Part shown: positions 12,162 through 35,730 of the stretch, in pieces
How positions within the stretch are numbered: the first letter of the stretch is position 1
How the letters are laid out: every line of letters begins with the position of its first letter
NCBI GenBank assembly: GCA_012295275.1
Contig: CM022679.1
Span: forward strand, 18,290,001 to 18,354,000
Reading direction: 5' to 3'
DNA: 64,000 nucleotides
Source of the DNA: Chrysomallon squamiferum
Taxonomy: Eukaryota; Animalia; Mollusca
The notes under the pieces: model-generated
Told to the model about the DNA's origin: nothing
The model's database searches: none
The model's input: the letters and a program-made list of their open reading frames with translations, nothing else
Position numbers and translations under genes: made by a program

Positions 12162-15100
12162 TCAGATATCATAATTCCTGAACTTTTGTAACAGGTGTGA
12201 TCCTTGGTCTCTTTCCCACTTGGGTTGGTATTTCTGGTACGAAGATCTTGCCATGTCTGAAAAAACAAGAAAAAGAGAAAATTCTTTAATACTTATTACA
12301 GCAATGAATTTACTTATAAAAAGATCAGAAATTTACAAAATAAGTATGATGCATTTCTATCAACTGTTACTATTATTTGAGACACACAACTATATATATA
12401 TATCATTCTCAAAAGAATATAAAAAAGATATTTTCTTACTGATAAAAATAGCAATTGTATCACAAGGTACTAAATATGATGAAAACAAATTTCCTTTATA
12501 ATTTTGTTTTCAAAAAAACCGAGCTACAGTGAAATACAAAACACAATTGTGCCAAATGTCTGTCAAGAAAATGTCGGAGACACTAGACCAATCTGATGTA
12601 CATCCAAGGTAATTTAGCATCGCATGATAGAGATTAAATTAAAGCCTCATATTAATGTCTAACACTCGATATTCCACATGGTGTAATTTGTAATTTTATT
12701 GCTTTCACAAGGAACAAATATGAGGCAGTTCTTGACTCTCATGATTGGCAAACAAGATAATGATTTTGAACTTTTTATTTTTGAAATATTTGATCACCAA
12801 CAGACAACTACAAATTTCTGTGTACCAAATGAACATTCAGCAGCTTTCAGTTTGTACATGAAATATGTTTCCATTGTCATTCAAACACTTCTGCTTTTCT
12901 TTTTTTAGAACAGCATATAAAAATGTATAGATTTTGTTTACAAAGAAGAATGTATACAAATAAAACAGAAGGATACATCATTCTCAAAATATTACTTTCT
13001 GTTTTCTTCCAGATTATATCACCTTTCTGCTGCTTTTTGTCTAGGTTAACAGTTTTTTCTTTAGATGCTTCGCAACAAAGTGATGATTCACCCTCTTGTA
13101 GCATGGGTTTTGTCTTGACATTTCTCCAGTGCATTGACTAAAACAAAAATTTGTATCTTCAAAAATAAATTTTAAGTACTGATAAGGATATTTTAATGTA
13201 TGTATTCAGAAAGATTTGACTTCTGTGAAATTAGTTTATTGCTTCAGAGAAATTTAACAACAAATTCCCGCATCTAACTTTCACTGACAATGTAAAACAG
13301 TTAATATTACAAGTTCTGCACAGATAGGTATTTAACCACAAATTTATTATATGTAACAGATTTTAAACATCTGAAGATTACTGACTCCATCAGTGTCTAA
13401 ATAAGCCATGGTTCTGTTACAATTTTTAATTTTATGACTGCATTAACAGATACTTACAACATGCACAGAATTCCTTAGAGAACACCATTCATCAAAATCC
13501 ATGGCTACACCTGAATTTCTCCATTTATCATAATTAGCTTTTGTGTTTGGGTCTGTCAAAACCTCCTTGGCCTTTTGCAGTCTGGCAAAACATTCAGCTA
13601 AAGGATTTTTAAATATGTTGAAAAGTAATTGAAAATATTAAATTCTGAAAGATGATTAACATGATATTAAACTTAATTTTATTTTTTTAATTTTTTTTTC
13701 GTTGTTAACTAAATATGTATATCAGTATGAACAAATGAACCTTTATTTTTCAAAAAATATCTAATTTTATATAACTATCACAACACATCTGACTGGCATA
13801 AATATTCTTATCTCTTACCAGGTTAGTGGCAGGATGCATATACCATAATTCCATGGAAATAACTAAAAATATTCAGTACATCACAACTTTGTTATCCATT
13901 TATTAAAGTTTCTGATTTTCATGGGAACAGGAAGTCTTTGGTTAAGAGATGGAAGAGATCAATTGCTTGATATTTGATATGGAACCACTGAACTACTGCC
14001 ACTTAATATATATTATTTCTGCATGTATATGCAGGTGTGGGTGTGTGTGAAATCATTTTTATTGCTCTGAAAGTAAAAGATTGCCCTGCAGTGTGATAAT
14101 GAATATTTATCATAAATACAGTTTTAGACAAATGTGTTGCAACATTTTGCCCATAGAGTTCCAGCAAGAACCATTGTGATTAATTCCACATACTCAAGGA
14201 CATGAGCTGAAGCAGAAAAGAATTTCAAATCTGAGTTCCCAAACATTTTATGCCTTTGGTTGAGAAGAATACTGCCAATGACAAAGCTTCATCAAGCCAA
14301 GAACTTGGTCCCAACAGAAAAAAGTCATCAGATATGACAATGCACCAGGTATTTGTATTATTCATTAACCTTAATAAAATCCAGATGAAATCTGAAGATA
14401 CAGACCACATACCAAAGATACTAAAGGCATCTGATCAGAATTACATATCAATCAGTTTGAAGTAAAAGTCAAGACATGGAAGAAACGCAACAGGAATTGC
14501 ATGGCCATTTCTTTGGTGTGGAGTTGCTAAGTTTTGTACATCTAACAGAACAGACAAGAATGTGCTGCACTGACACCTTATTTTGTTTTAACAGTCTTAG
14601 ATCAGTACAGTTGTCCATCTGCCCATCATGCTTAGACCAACTATCTAAATGACTTGTACTGGTATGGCACCTGCAATGCTTCAAAACTACATGCCAGTCT
14701 GAACATCAAAAAGGATTTTGTTGTGATAAAATTTGAAGGAAGGTCACATAGTTTATAATGCTAGGATTGATGTTTTGATGACAATGAATTTGAGGATGTG
14801 TATTTGAAAAAGGTAGGTAGATAGTAAGGTCACAACAGAAACTGTCACATTTATTCCAAATCCAAATTCTGCACTGGGGATGAGGTCTTCCATAAACGCA
14901 GGAGTGCTTAGTGACCATAGCTCTCCAAATACTTTGACATTGGCAGTATTCTTCTCAACCAAACTCTTAAGTTCCTGTTGTTCTAAATGCAATGATATAG
15001 GCCTATGCCTATCATTGATTTTTGGGGTTTTAGATATATTTCACAAATATACCAAACTTGATAAAAAGTTATATATGTATTTTCAGATAATGCTAAACCT

Positions 15101-18075
15101 GATGTCATTTCAATACAATACCACAGTAAACTGCAAGCAAGAGCAACTCGTGACATCTCCACACAGACAATTTTTGCTTTATAGTGGCAAAACACCACTA
15201 AAAGGTCAGATACATCTTCAAACTCAAACCACAACAACAAAATTCCCTTAACTATTTCCCTTGAAGGTGAATGTGACATGACATTTTGACTCCTCATGAC
15301 TGGCATAGGTGGGCAGATGCCACGTGGACAGATATTTTGTTCGCAGAGGAATCTTGTTTTCTCCTGACACATGCTGATGGATGCACATGTGTCTGTATAC
15401 AAAGGTGATCCAAGCTGTGAGCAAAAAGTTGAAAGTTTTGGTGGTGGCTATGTCATGGTGTTGGTAGGAATCCATCATTGTGGTTTTGTGCTTTTGGCAG
15501 GCCAACTGATGGCATTAGATATCAAAAAATTCAAAAGAATGTCAAAAGTGGAATGTTTCAGCACATATTAGTCAGGAGTTTCTGCAGCACCTTGGCCTGC
15601 TGGATTTAAATCCAACAGAACATATAAAGGATGCAGTGAGTAAACTGGAGGAATCCACAACCTCAACACTTTTGCAATGTCTTACAGCATAAGAGATAGA
15701 ACATTCTTTGTTGTGCATGTCACGGAATTCAGATTGTGTAACAAATTTATCATTCTGGGACAACCTGTTTATTTTTACATGATGGAATTCAAATTGCATA
15801 ACTAATTTTAACTTCAGTCATGTCTGACTTTTTATTTTTATGCCTATGGAATTCAAATTGCGTAACAAAGTTTATCTTGTCACATCTGTACTTTTTATTT
15901 TTGCTGCCAATTTTTCAACTCCATGGCATTGTTTTAAAAGGGTTGGGACTTGGTAATTTAGAAGAGAAGGAAAAGGCCAACAGGAGAGTTCTGTCAGGAG
16001 AGGAACTAATTTTCTGAATGACATTGTCTTTACAGACAAGTATGGTAAGCCATTGTCTATTCTTATTTTGATATGGTGTAATCTGCAATTAACCTGTGTC
16101 AATAACATACAAAATACCTAAAATTTTAATTGTTTAACCTGCCCTCGATGCAGATTCTTATTTTGTTTTGGTTCCCTTTATGACCTTATCGATTGTATAG
16201 TGTATTACTATCAAGTCACCTGTATATCATAATTAAATAATTAACTTGTATCTTAACTTGTGTTGTGTTTATTTCTCTAATGGATAGAGAGAATTATTGA
16301 TTGATATAGATTGCTGTCAATTTAGCATTTATATTCCTTGTTAGGTGGCCATTATAGCACATTGTTACCCTAGGCTGAACCTCAATAAAACAACCAAGAT
16401 GTTTAATGGTGTCGGCCTCATGATAGTGCAACACTGAACGGTTTCCATATGTTGTTGTCAAGCTCTCAGGACTTCTGGTAGTCATAACTGATATCAGCAT
16501 TTTGCCCACATCTGTGTCAGATGCCTGAGTATTTGTGTTTCAGGTAAGATTCCCAGAAATACTGTTCATACATGCATACAGCAATTCTGTTCGCGTAACA
16601 TCCTGTCATTGGTTGCTTGTATCATGCCTACCAGTTAGTTTTTGTTTTTGATTTTTAATATTTGTTTTAACTTTTTGAAAGTTTATAAAAACAAACCTGC
16701 TTCAGGATCATTAGGATGTTTATCTGGATGACAGGAAAGTACTCGAGCCTTATATTCAGTTATAATTTGATCTTCCTGGAACAAAAAACATCATAATAGT
16801 CAGTACAGGAAAAGTAGAAAAGAAAGGAATTTTTGCCCCCCCCCCCAAAAAAATAATAATAATTATTATCAAGAAATGATCTTTCTGTTATGTGTGAATC
16901 GGTGAGTTACAATAACTGGATTTTGGACTAAGCTGTATGAAACTGCCATGTTCTTTTCAACATGAATCCTATAGAAACAGGAGGTTTTTGGAGTCAAATT
17001 GATATTATAAGATTAATATTTAAACATGACTTTATCGAAACTTATGTATTCTGTACTATCTCCAAGTATTCCCAGCCGAAGGGTATGTTAAAAACACATA
17101 TCCCATTAGAACTTGATGGTGCCAAATATTATATGAATATAATAGTTTCAAGTTAAAAGGTGAATCTGGAAGTCTATCCTCTAACTTTACTCTTACTCCT
17201 AAGCGAGTTCCTGAAGATTTCATAAAAGTGTTTCTCATCATTTGCCAGGTGCTGTTAGTACAACATTTTTGAAATTTTAGATTTGAGTTAATGCAGAGAA
17301 TGAAAAGGAATATTGATTTCCAACCATCAACACCCATCTCAAACAAACATTTTACGTTTGAAGACATAGTAACAAATTTGATTAAGGTCAGTAATGTAGT
17401 GTTAAAAACTCACTCTAATGAAGTCTCAATACTCAGTATAAATATTAGTTACAAAAGTTTGATCACTTGATCTTGAGATCAGTAAAAGTTCAAAAATAAC
17501 TTTTTATACCATGGCTATAACTACACTTTTTAGGCAAAAACACTTAAAAACCGAGCGCGTGCGTGGCAAAAAATAAAAAAATAATAATAAATAAATTTTA
17601 AAATAAAATTTGTGTGTTAAAAAAATTAATAAATAAATAAATAGTCATTTTCGGTATCTTCTGCCTCGTTGTAGTTACGACCTTGTATTAATAGCATTTA
17701 AATTCCCTACAGATAGATACATCAACTAGTTTATAATACTTCATTACTTAAATAAGTTAATTCATGTTTTATTTATTTATTTTAAATAAATGAATTCATA
17801 ATCACTATATGATATATCAGTATAAATAAAATGTATAAATGATAAAAAATGGCACCATGTCTTATGTAAAAACATTTTAAGTAATTGGAAAAATAAAATA
17901 ATAGTAACAACAAAAGTATAAATTATATTATCGTGGACATACAAATTTTGTAATAATAATTATGTCCTGTGGAATAAATCAAATCAAATAGTAATACATT
18001 TGACAATTCATCGCATCCAATTATATAGTAATAATTGTCTTCTGGTTTTCTTTTATAGTTGACTATTTTATCCAT
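12162..18075 (-). CDS. DNAJC12: DnaJ homolog subfamily C member 12 (J-domain co-chaperone of aromatic amino acid hydroxylases)
   Basis: Minus-strand exons: 18075-17998 (MDKIVNYKRKPEDNYYYIIGCDELSN), 16775-16697 (EDQIITEYKARVLSCHPDKHPNDPEA, HPD motif), 13597-13458 (ECFARLQKAKEVLTDPNTKANYDKWRNSG...), 13137-~13023 (SMHWRNVKTKPML..., donor position uncertain), 12256-12162 (...WERDQGSHLLQKFRNYDI*). The SMHW motif and the KFRNY[DE]I C-terminus are DNAJC12 hallmarks. Confidence 0.95.
15300..15700 (+). mobile_element. Decayed Tc1-family transposase fragment in DNAJC12 intron 2
   Basis: Frameshifted motifs WTDILFAEESCFLLTHADG (from 15325), VESFGGGYVMVLVGI, WPA and DLNPTEHIKDA (from 15603). They resemble Tc1 W..V.FSDES.F, FGGGSVMVW.GI and WPA.SPDLNPIEH.W. 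Confidence 0.7.
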
Positions 18076-18202
18076 GTCTATCCTTAAAAATGTAATTTAG
18101 GTGCTATTTCTCCAATCGACCACTGATAGTAACACTGACGAACATTAATGATAGACATCGGTCAAGGATTCCGAAGAACGCATGCGCATAGTGGAAATTG
18201 AC
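18076..18202. promoter_or_regulatory. Putative bidirectional promoter shared by DNAJC12 and SIRT1
   Basis: 127 nt between the divergent ATGs. CCAAT at 18112-18116. NRF1-like CGCATGCGCA at 18179-18188. CpGs are locally retained in an otherwise CpG-poor region. Confidence 0.7.
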
Positions 18203-28189
<9,987 letters not shown>

Positions 28190-28977
28190 CATTTCAAGTG
28201 CATATGTCATTAGGTGAAGATAACAGATTCATTAGTTTAAGTTTTACAATAAGGACTGATAAATTCCAGCTGATTAATAAAACACCTTCCACAGAAAGAT
28301 AAAAATAGATGCTAGTAACATTTTATTTAAAACAGTGACATCATCTAGATCATTTTTTTATTATTTGCAAATAATGTTATACGGGTAAATATATATTTGA
28401 CAACATTTATTTTCTGTTTTATCTCTGAACTTATTTGTTGTAATATGAACATTTTCAAATCATAAAGGAGTTATTTTATACTGTACATGAGTTCTAAGTA
28501 AATAGTAGCTGAACTCTTGATGTGACAAAGATAACTTAAATAAAAGAAACAATTACATTTAAGTTATGGATTTAATGTAATATGTAACTTTTTAAAGCCA
28601 ACAGATTAAAATGTTTGAGTTGATGCAAACATACAGTAAAACTTAAATGCAACTATATATATATATAAAAATTATGCTCATCCATTTTAAGCAATAAAAG
28701 CAGCTGATGTCATTGTACATATTTTCATATTTACCATGCTTTGTTTGCTCCTCAATTACGAGTTGTAATAAATCCAACAAGGCATTTATCTTTTGGTACA
28801 TTTTACAACGGTTCCTTAATAAATTAATTTTAAACTAAAATTAAAAAAAATATAAACAAATAAAATTAAGACTTTACAACTGCAGTACAGTTTTGTCAAA
28901 TTAATTTTTTGAAGATACAAGACTGTAACTCAATGCTGGTTTCAGTCTGTTTTAGTTGTTTGTTAATTTTATGTAGA

Positions 28978-29118
28978 TGAGCCATTCTCAGTTAGGTCCT
29001 TGGACCATGGCTAAGGGATTTTCTGTCCATCATTTAGTGTTGGTATCCTTGGTTGACAAATGGAACTGTAAAGAACTCCTAAAAAGGCAGTAGCTGAAAA
29101 AAGGTTGAGAATGGCTCA
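28978..29118. mobile_element. Small hAT/Charlie-like MITE downstream of the SIRT1 stop codon
   Basis: Perfect 13-bp inverted repeats TGAGCCATTCTCA / TGAGAATGGCTCA. The right end AAAAAGGTTGAGAATGGC resembles hAT-Charlie termini. Confidence 0.5.
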
Positions 29119-31598
29119 GGAATGTGTCTCAGAGAACAGATTTTTAGTTTGTGTAGTTTTAACTTGAATATTCATTCATTTTATAACTTTCTGATAGAGG
29201 CTTTGTTTTTTAATTTTTATTTTTTTTAATAAATAAACACTAATATTAATAATTTTTGTTCATTAGCTGAAGTGATGTTAAAATTTGAATATCAAATTGG
29301 TAGGTAAATTTAGAAGATCTACAGATTTTACAAGTAGTCAGTAATGATAATGTACATTCTATAATAATTGATAGTTTTCAAGGTTTGTTTATGTTTTTAT
29401 TTCTTTGACTGGTGGATTAATTGCAGATATATTTATGCAATCTGTTTTTTTCAGATGTTATATAATAATTTTATACCCGATATATGTATATATAAATGAT
29501 ACTGGATGGGGAAATGCCCGTTGTTGCTGCTCTAGGACCAATTTTTGATCTGTGGGACTAAAAATATTTTTGTAAAATCGTATTTTCCAGTCCAGATTCT
29601 TAATTTATTGGGGGTTTTGTTTTGGCCTTTTTGTTTTTTCTGTTAAGAGCACATGTACATTTCTGTAATTGAAATAATTACAAAGTTCTGCCAGTTTAAT
29701 AGCAAGTTAACACTTGAACCTCTCACACATTCCTTTCTTTAGGAATAGACATAATGCTACAATTTAATTGAAACTGAAGATCTCCAGCAAAATGACTAAT
29801 GACTGTTACTTAATATTGTTTCACAAATCACTTCTTTATGATTAATATTTAAAAAAATGTGTATACATATATATATATATATATATAAAAAAAAAAAAAA
29901 AAAAAACAATTATCAAGAAATAGATGTTTCACTTTACAGTAGGTAGCCATAGCATCTTAGTTTTCTTCAAGAACCATTTATTACTATTACTATCACTACT
30001 ACTACTACAACTACTACTACTGCTACTACTGCTGCTGCTAATGCTACTACTGTTATTACAATTATTATTTGTACCTGTTTGTTCCTGAATAGATTTGACC
30101 ATTTTCTTCAGAATACATAACCTAATTTTTGTTAGAATCCAGGTGTGTATTTCAGCTATCAGATCACATTTAGAACAAAAATATTAATCTGTTTCTTATG
30201 TTTTTGTGTGTGGGGGGGTTTTGTTTTTTTTTTCTTTCTAATTATATATATATATTTATGGATGAAAACTTAATAATAGCTGAGTCACAATATACTTTTG
30301 ATGTATGTTAATATCATAATTTATATTACTTTCTGATATGAGTAAAATTATGTTTCTTTAAAATTCGATTATGATTATTTTTTCCTAAAACTCAGATGCA
30401 CAAAAGAAACTAAATTTTGGTAAGAAATGGGATTAAACTTCTTTCCATGTGCCTTCATGACAAATGCAAACAGTGTTTTGTAAATTTTCTAAAAAGAACT
30501 TCCTTCCAATACAATATAGTTGGCATCATAATAACTTTAGTCTCATTCATATGTTCAGCTTGGCATTTTATAACCCCTTTTGTTATTTATATTAAAAGAT
30601 AGACTTTTGTTAATTTTAAATTGTTTATATTATTATATCTGAAATATTTTTAACTGGAATAAGTTTACAGTAAGAAATTATGATTCCAATTTCAGTTTGT
30701 AGCATACTGTTGTATCTTGCACAGTGAATGCTTTTCAGAGTAACCCGTAAAGTGGTACTATGACTGAATATGTGTGTTTGTGTTGTGTGAATATATTTCA
30801 TGATAAATAAGTGGATATGATACACATTTGAATGTTAGTATGCTTTATAAATAGTTCAGAAAAAAAAATACAGTCACTGTTAAAGATTTAATTTTATTTA
30901 TTTTTAATTCTTATTCAAACAATAATTAAAAATATGTCCAGTCTTCAGTAATTTTTAAAAATCTGAATTTGTTTCTTTCCCATTACATGGGCTTCTGAGA
31001 GACACTTGTACTGGTACTGTATTAACACTGAAGAAATATCAAAGGCCAAAAAAAATAAAATATTGGATTATTTAACTTACAAAGCTAATGAAATATATGT
31101 TTTGTTTAATTATATGTATAATGCTATCTAACTAGTATAGAAAAGTACAAACTTTGTTTATTATATTTCATTTTATACAAATTGTTTGTATCTCATGAAA
31201 TGTAGTTTTGTTTGTAATAATACATTTTCTTGAATTGCTTTCATTATTAAAAACGATAATTTATTTCTTTATTTTCCCATTATTTTTATCTCTAATAAAA
31301 AAAATGATGTAAATTTTTAAAATCTCTCTATTTTATACAAGGATCTACATAAAATAAGCATAAATGTTGTTAATGGATTTGCACTAATGTGAATAAATTT
31401 CTGTTATATGTTATGTTTAATTTTTAATTATACAAAATTTAAATACAGCTGTGATGTTACTGTTTTGACTTTTTATTTATTACTATTATTATTACTCTTT
31501 GTTTTGTTGTTGTTGCATGGATATAATTAAATGAATTGTCTTCAGACAGAAAAGGAATCTTATATATAACATCCCATTGTGAGGAAATCATGCTGTCC

Positions 31599-34520
31599 TT
31601 TTTTTTTTTTTTTTTTTTTTTTTAAAGATGTTTTATTGTCTCAGAAAAAGATAATAACAAGGATGTTGATCTGAAATATTGTATGTAATTACTTACACAC
31701 ACATACAAATACATAACCTACATCTATAGATAATCTCTTTATACATACAATCAACATACAAATATCAAGGAATATAAATATAACACATAATAATAATCAT
31801 GGTACAAAAATGAGAAGAGAAGTAAAAAGATAATACGGAAAATAATATGAGAAGTGGATTTCCAAAAACGGTATTTCTTATTATTCATGTATGTATTTTC
31901 TTCTTTTTATTTGTTTACTCTTTTTTTTTTTCTTATTAATTTAGGTTATATTTACTTCATTTAAGAAAAATGTTTGAAGCATTGATTCTTGAAGATTTTA
32001 AAAATATTTTGAAAGACATTAATGCCATACGATTATTTTCATACAATAAATATAATATTTTACATTATTGATTTACAAATGTATTCTTTTCATTTGTTAT
32101 ACCAAAGTATAACATTTTTGCTAAAATTCATATAAATTCCTGTTTCTTTTAATATCTGTACTGTATTTATTTCATAACATAAATAATAAATCTTACTACA
32201 TTCTAAAAATAGATATTGTTACAAAAACTAAGTATTGCTATTTAATTAAATGAATCATTTGTAAAAATGTAGTAAAATTCTATAGTAATGAAACCAAGGT
32301 ACAGTTGAATTTTTTATACCTTTAAAAGGTATAAGGAAATATTGCTACCATTGTTTAGTGTCATAAATAAATCCATGATTTATGTCTTTATTTTGTCCTT
32401 TCCAAATAATGGTTTGAGAATTTAATAGTTTGTTACTTTGCATGTATATTTGCATCCACTTCTATTTTTGAAAAAAATACTAAGTTGAAAATGATCAGAT
32501 GGGTTTTGAAGGTTTGCAAAGGTAACATCATTTAAATAGTCCAGTTAATGTATAAATGTTTTAAGGTCTTTTATTAGTGAAGCATATTCAAGGAAATTTG
32601 AAGTTAAATTATATTTTATTATAAATTCTTAATATGTTGAATAGTCTGCGTTTTCATATAAGTCCTTTATAAAACCTATATTGTTACTGAAACTGTATTT
32701 ATATAAAAACTGTTTATTATCTATACATATTCCAATGTTATATCAAACATTAATGCTTAAATTATGAATTATATTTATCTGTATTTTTAAAAAAAAAACT
32801 GGAAAAATATTAAATAGTGTTTAGAGACACACTGAACATTATTTAACATTTCATTAATTTTGAGAAAAGAAAAATATGCACTGTACATACATTTTTTGCT
32901 GATATTTTTGTTACAGATTTAAATAAAGTTTTTCTAAAATGAAAAATGTTTTCAATAATGCAATGATTGCCAAACCCATTTGTTCCATAGATTTGTGGGA
33001 AGCTTCGGTAAAAAGACGTTATAAGATTACAATATTAAAGACAAAATTTTGAAATATTAGAAAAGTAAAATTATAAAATATTTCAGTGTTGTAGTTGGAT
33101 CATAGCATGAACATTTTTGAAATACTACCTAAAGTAGCATAGTTGATAATATAGTATTCATAAATGACATGTCAGATGAGTATTCATGCCCAATACTTGT
33201 GCATCAAGCAGACAGTGAGGAGCCAATTTCTGTTTACAGTAAAAAAAAAAAAAAAAAAAAAAAATTAAAATTTTTGAATTTATTTTTGTAATTACTAATT
33301 TATTAGTATAGTGTCAGAAAGTGTAAGAATTTGGTTGTAGAAAAATGAAAAATGCCACAAACTGTAAAAATAAGTAATTTTCATGAAAATGATTTTCAGT
33401 TTGTCCCATTATTATAGTTACTGAAATTCAATGTGTTACTAATAAAAATTAAATCAACTAAACTATATTATAAATAGTATCAGTAAATGTAATATATCAA
33501 TATGCTTGATTATTAACACAATAAATACCCATATTTAGGGTTTCAACCAAAAATGTTGGGAAACCACAGCAGTAAAGTCATCTTTTTGGCCTGCTGGAAC
33601 CAAATAAATATTTTACAGTTTTATCATGATTTTTGACTATTTTTCCATTTCTTAACTGTATTTTTGATATCGACTAATTTCTAGATTCTAAATTTTTCTA
33701 TTTCTTGAATCCATTTTGACCTTTACCTAATGTAGCATCCTTACTTTCTAGGGGCAGTATTTTTATTTTGTTCCAATTCTTTGATTGCTTCACAGATTTG
33801 TTTATCTAATTCATAGCTTTTCATTTTAGTTTATATTTATGTTGTACCTTTTCTTTTTCGTAAGTAATATTTCTAAGAACAGCTATTACATAAAAATTGG
33901 ATTTCATCTCTATTATGAAATCAAAATGTATTATTTTTATTTCTGTTTCTTTTATTAATCTAACATATTCCTTCTTTGTTACATTTGTTATGTTGATTTA
34001 ACTTTAAACTTAAAAGTACACTGAAGTGGTCCAAGCAATAACTATTTTCTGTTTTAATATTCTGTTTGGCATCAGATTATTGGATATTAAAAAACACATA
34101 ATTTAACTTAAGTTAGGGGTTTTTTTTGGAAGATTAGGATGTAATTCTGAATGGATCTTTTATATCATGTGCTTCCATGTTCTTGATTAAGTTCTTTTTG
34201 TTGTGATTTTGAATGATTTATATGCAAATAATGTTTTCTATCTCAATCTAAAGCCCTACATTAAAATCAAACTATTATTTATTTATTATTTTTGAAATGT
34301 TTAATTCAATCTAAAATTTACTGAAAAAAGTTTGCTTGTCTATATTTGGACCATATATATTCACAATGGATTCTTTCATCCTATAGTGGTATCATTTATA
34401 TTATAATTTCCTAAGCTATAAGTTTCTTTGTGTTTTTTAAAATGTATATTATATTCAGGAATTATTACTGTATATCAGCCAAGCACATTTATGCACCTAT
34501 TGTTTTTAAATAAATGGTTC
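31599..34520 (-). mobile_element. Decayed L1/Tx1-clade non-LTR retrotransposon
   Basis: Minus strand: APE-endonuclease motif SIVNIYGPNIDKQTFF (~34325-34370). DDFTAVVSQHFW (~33548-33585), like PG.DGFT.EFY..FW. Tx1-like EFIIKYNLTSNFLEYAS (~32579-32628). Zinc-knuckle-like SFC...LFLEC relic (~32195-32235). Poly(T) run 31599-31623 as the poly(A) tail. Many stops and frameshifts; boundaries approximate. Confidence 0.75.
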
Positions 34521-34644
34521 TCATTCTGATTTGAAATACATGCCTTGGAGACAGCAAAGATTATAAGTTTTGCATTTTAAGTAATCATTTCTCTTATTTA
34601 ACTCCCCAAGTCCTTGACAGTTGTCATATTTATCTATATATTTA

Positions 34645-35317
34645 CAGTGATACCTTGACTTATGAGTGCACCAGCTTACGAGTTTTCCCGAGTTATGAGC
34701 AGTTGCCCAGTCAAATTTATGCTTTGAATTGTGAGCCAAAATCCAAATTACGAGCACACTTCAGATATGCCGCCACTAGATGGTGCAGTGAACAATACAT
34801 CTGCCCAGCATCCCGTGTCTTACTCATTTACATCATTGTGTGCAGTATTTTGATAAATTTCTTTTTACTGATCATGGATCCTAAGAAAGTGAGTGCAAAG
34901 GACAGTGCTGAGAAGAAGAAATAGATGAAATCATGAGCAAGGTGTGCATGTAGACGACTTAGTAGGCAGTACAAGTGTAGTACTTCTATGATATGTACCA
35001 TACTGAAGCAGAAAGAGTCAGTAAAGGCTGTAACTCCAGCCAAAGCGTTAAAATACTTTGTCTGATCTCCAAGATAAATACACTTTACAAAACCAATATT
35101 CTTTACATTCTCTTTTTTTTCTTTCTTTTTTTGTTTTATATAATATGTCATTTTTCTTATTTAAAAATATGTCACAAAAAATGGTGGTTTTGGGGGGCGG
35201 GAACAGATAATGGTATTTCAATTAATTTCTGTTGGGAAAGTTGATTTGATATATGAGCAAATTGAGTTACAAGCTTGGTCACAGAATGAATCAAACTCAT
35301 AAGTCAAGGTACCACTA
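34645..35317 (+). mobile_element. Non-autonomous Tigger/pogo-derived DNA transposon, copy 3
   Basis: TA-CAGTGATACCTTGACTTATGAG ... CTCATAAGTCAAGGTACCACT TIRs. Internal MDPKKVSAKDSAEKKK relic. Same family as the copies in the TBL3 intron. Confidence 0.88.
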
Positions 35318-35469
35318 CGTATATATGAAGATAATATAATTCATATTTATTTATTATTATTTTTTATGTGTTGCAGATTTATCTTGTTTTAAAAAACATC
35401 AGGTAAATATTTTGAATTTCAAGTTTTCCATAGCAAAAGAAAATTGTAAAAGGATGATGACGAATAAGT

Positions 35470-35730
35470 TATACCAGCAGAAAATCCCTTACCACCCAGG
35501 TGACACCAGTTGTCTTGCATAATGACAAGTCCTTGCACAAGTGGGATGATCTGAACCAGATAATAATAGCATATGTGATAAGGCATACATATTGCCACAA
35601 GTGGCCACCATAAGAGGTGTTTGTCCACCCCTAACTATGACATTGGTTCTGTGCATAAAAGCATCACTAAAATGTTCCTCTAATTACAATAGATTCTTGA
35701 ATGGCCATCACTTCTGTCAAAGTGATTGTG
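35470..35730 (-). mobile_element. Decayed Tc1-like transposase fragment
   Basis: Minus-strand pieces DGHSRIY, GQTPLMVATCGNM and IIPLVQGLVIMQDNWCH resemble Tc1 DGR.RVY, G.T.LV.I.GNL and ...FQQDNA.PH. Confidence 0.5.

Noticed and set aside
12967-12976. U12-like donor GTATCCTTCT on the minus strand near DNAJC12 exon 4
   Set aside because: Its phase would shift the conserved KFRNYDI last exon out of frame. A normal GT donor in phase 1 fits.
15722-15905. CRISPR-like repeat-spacer pattern
   Set aside because: Only three diverged units with partly similar 'spacers', in a eukaryotic intron with no cas genes.
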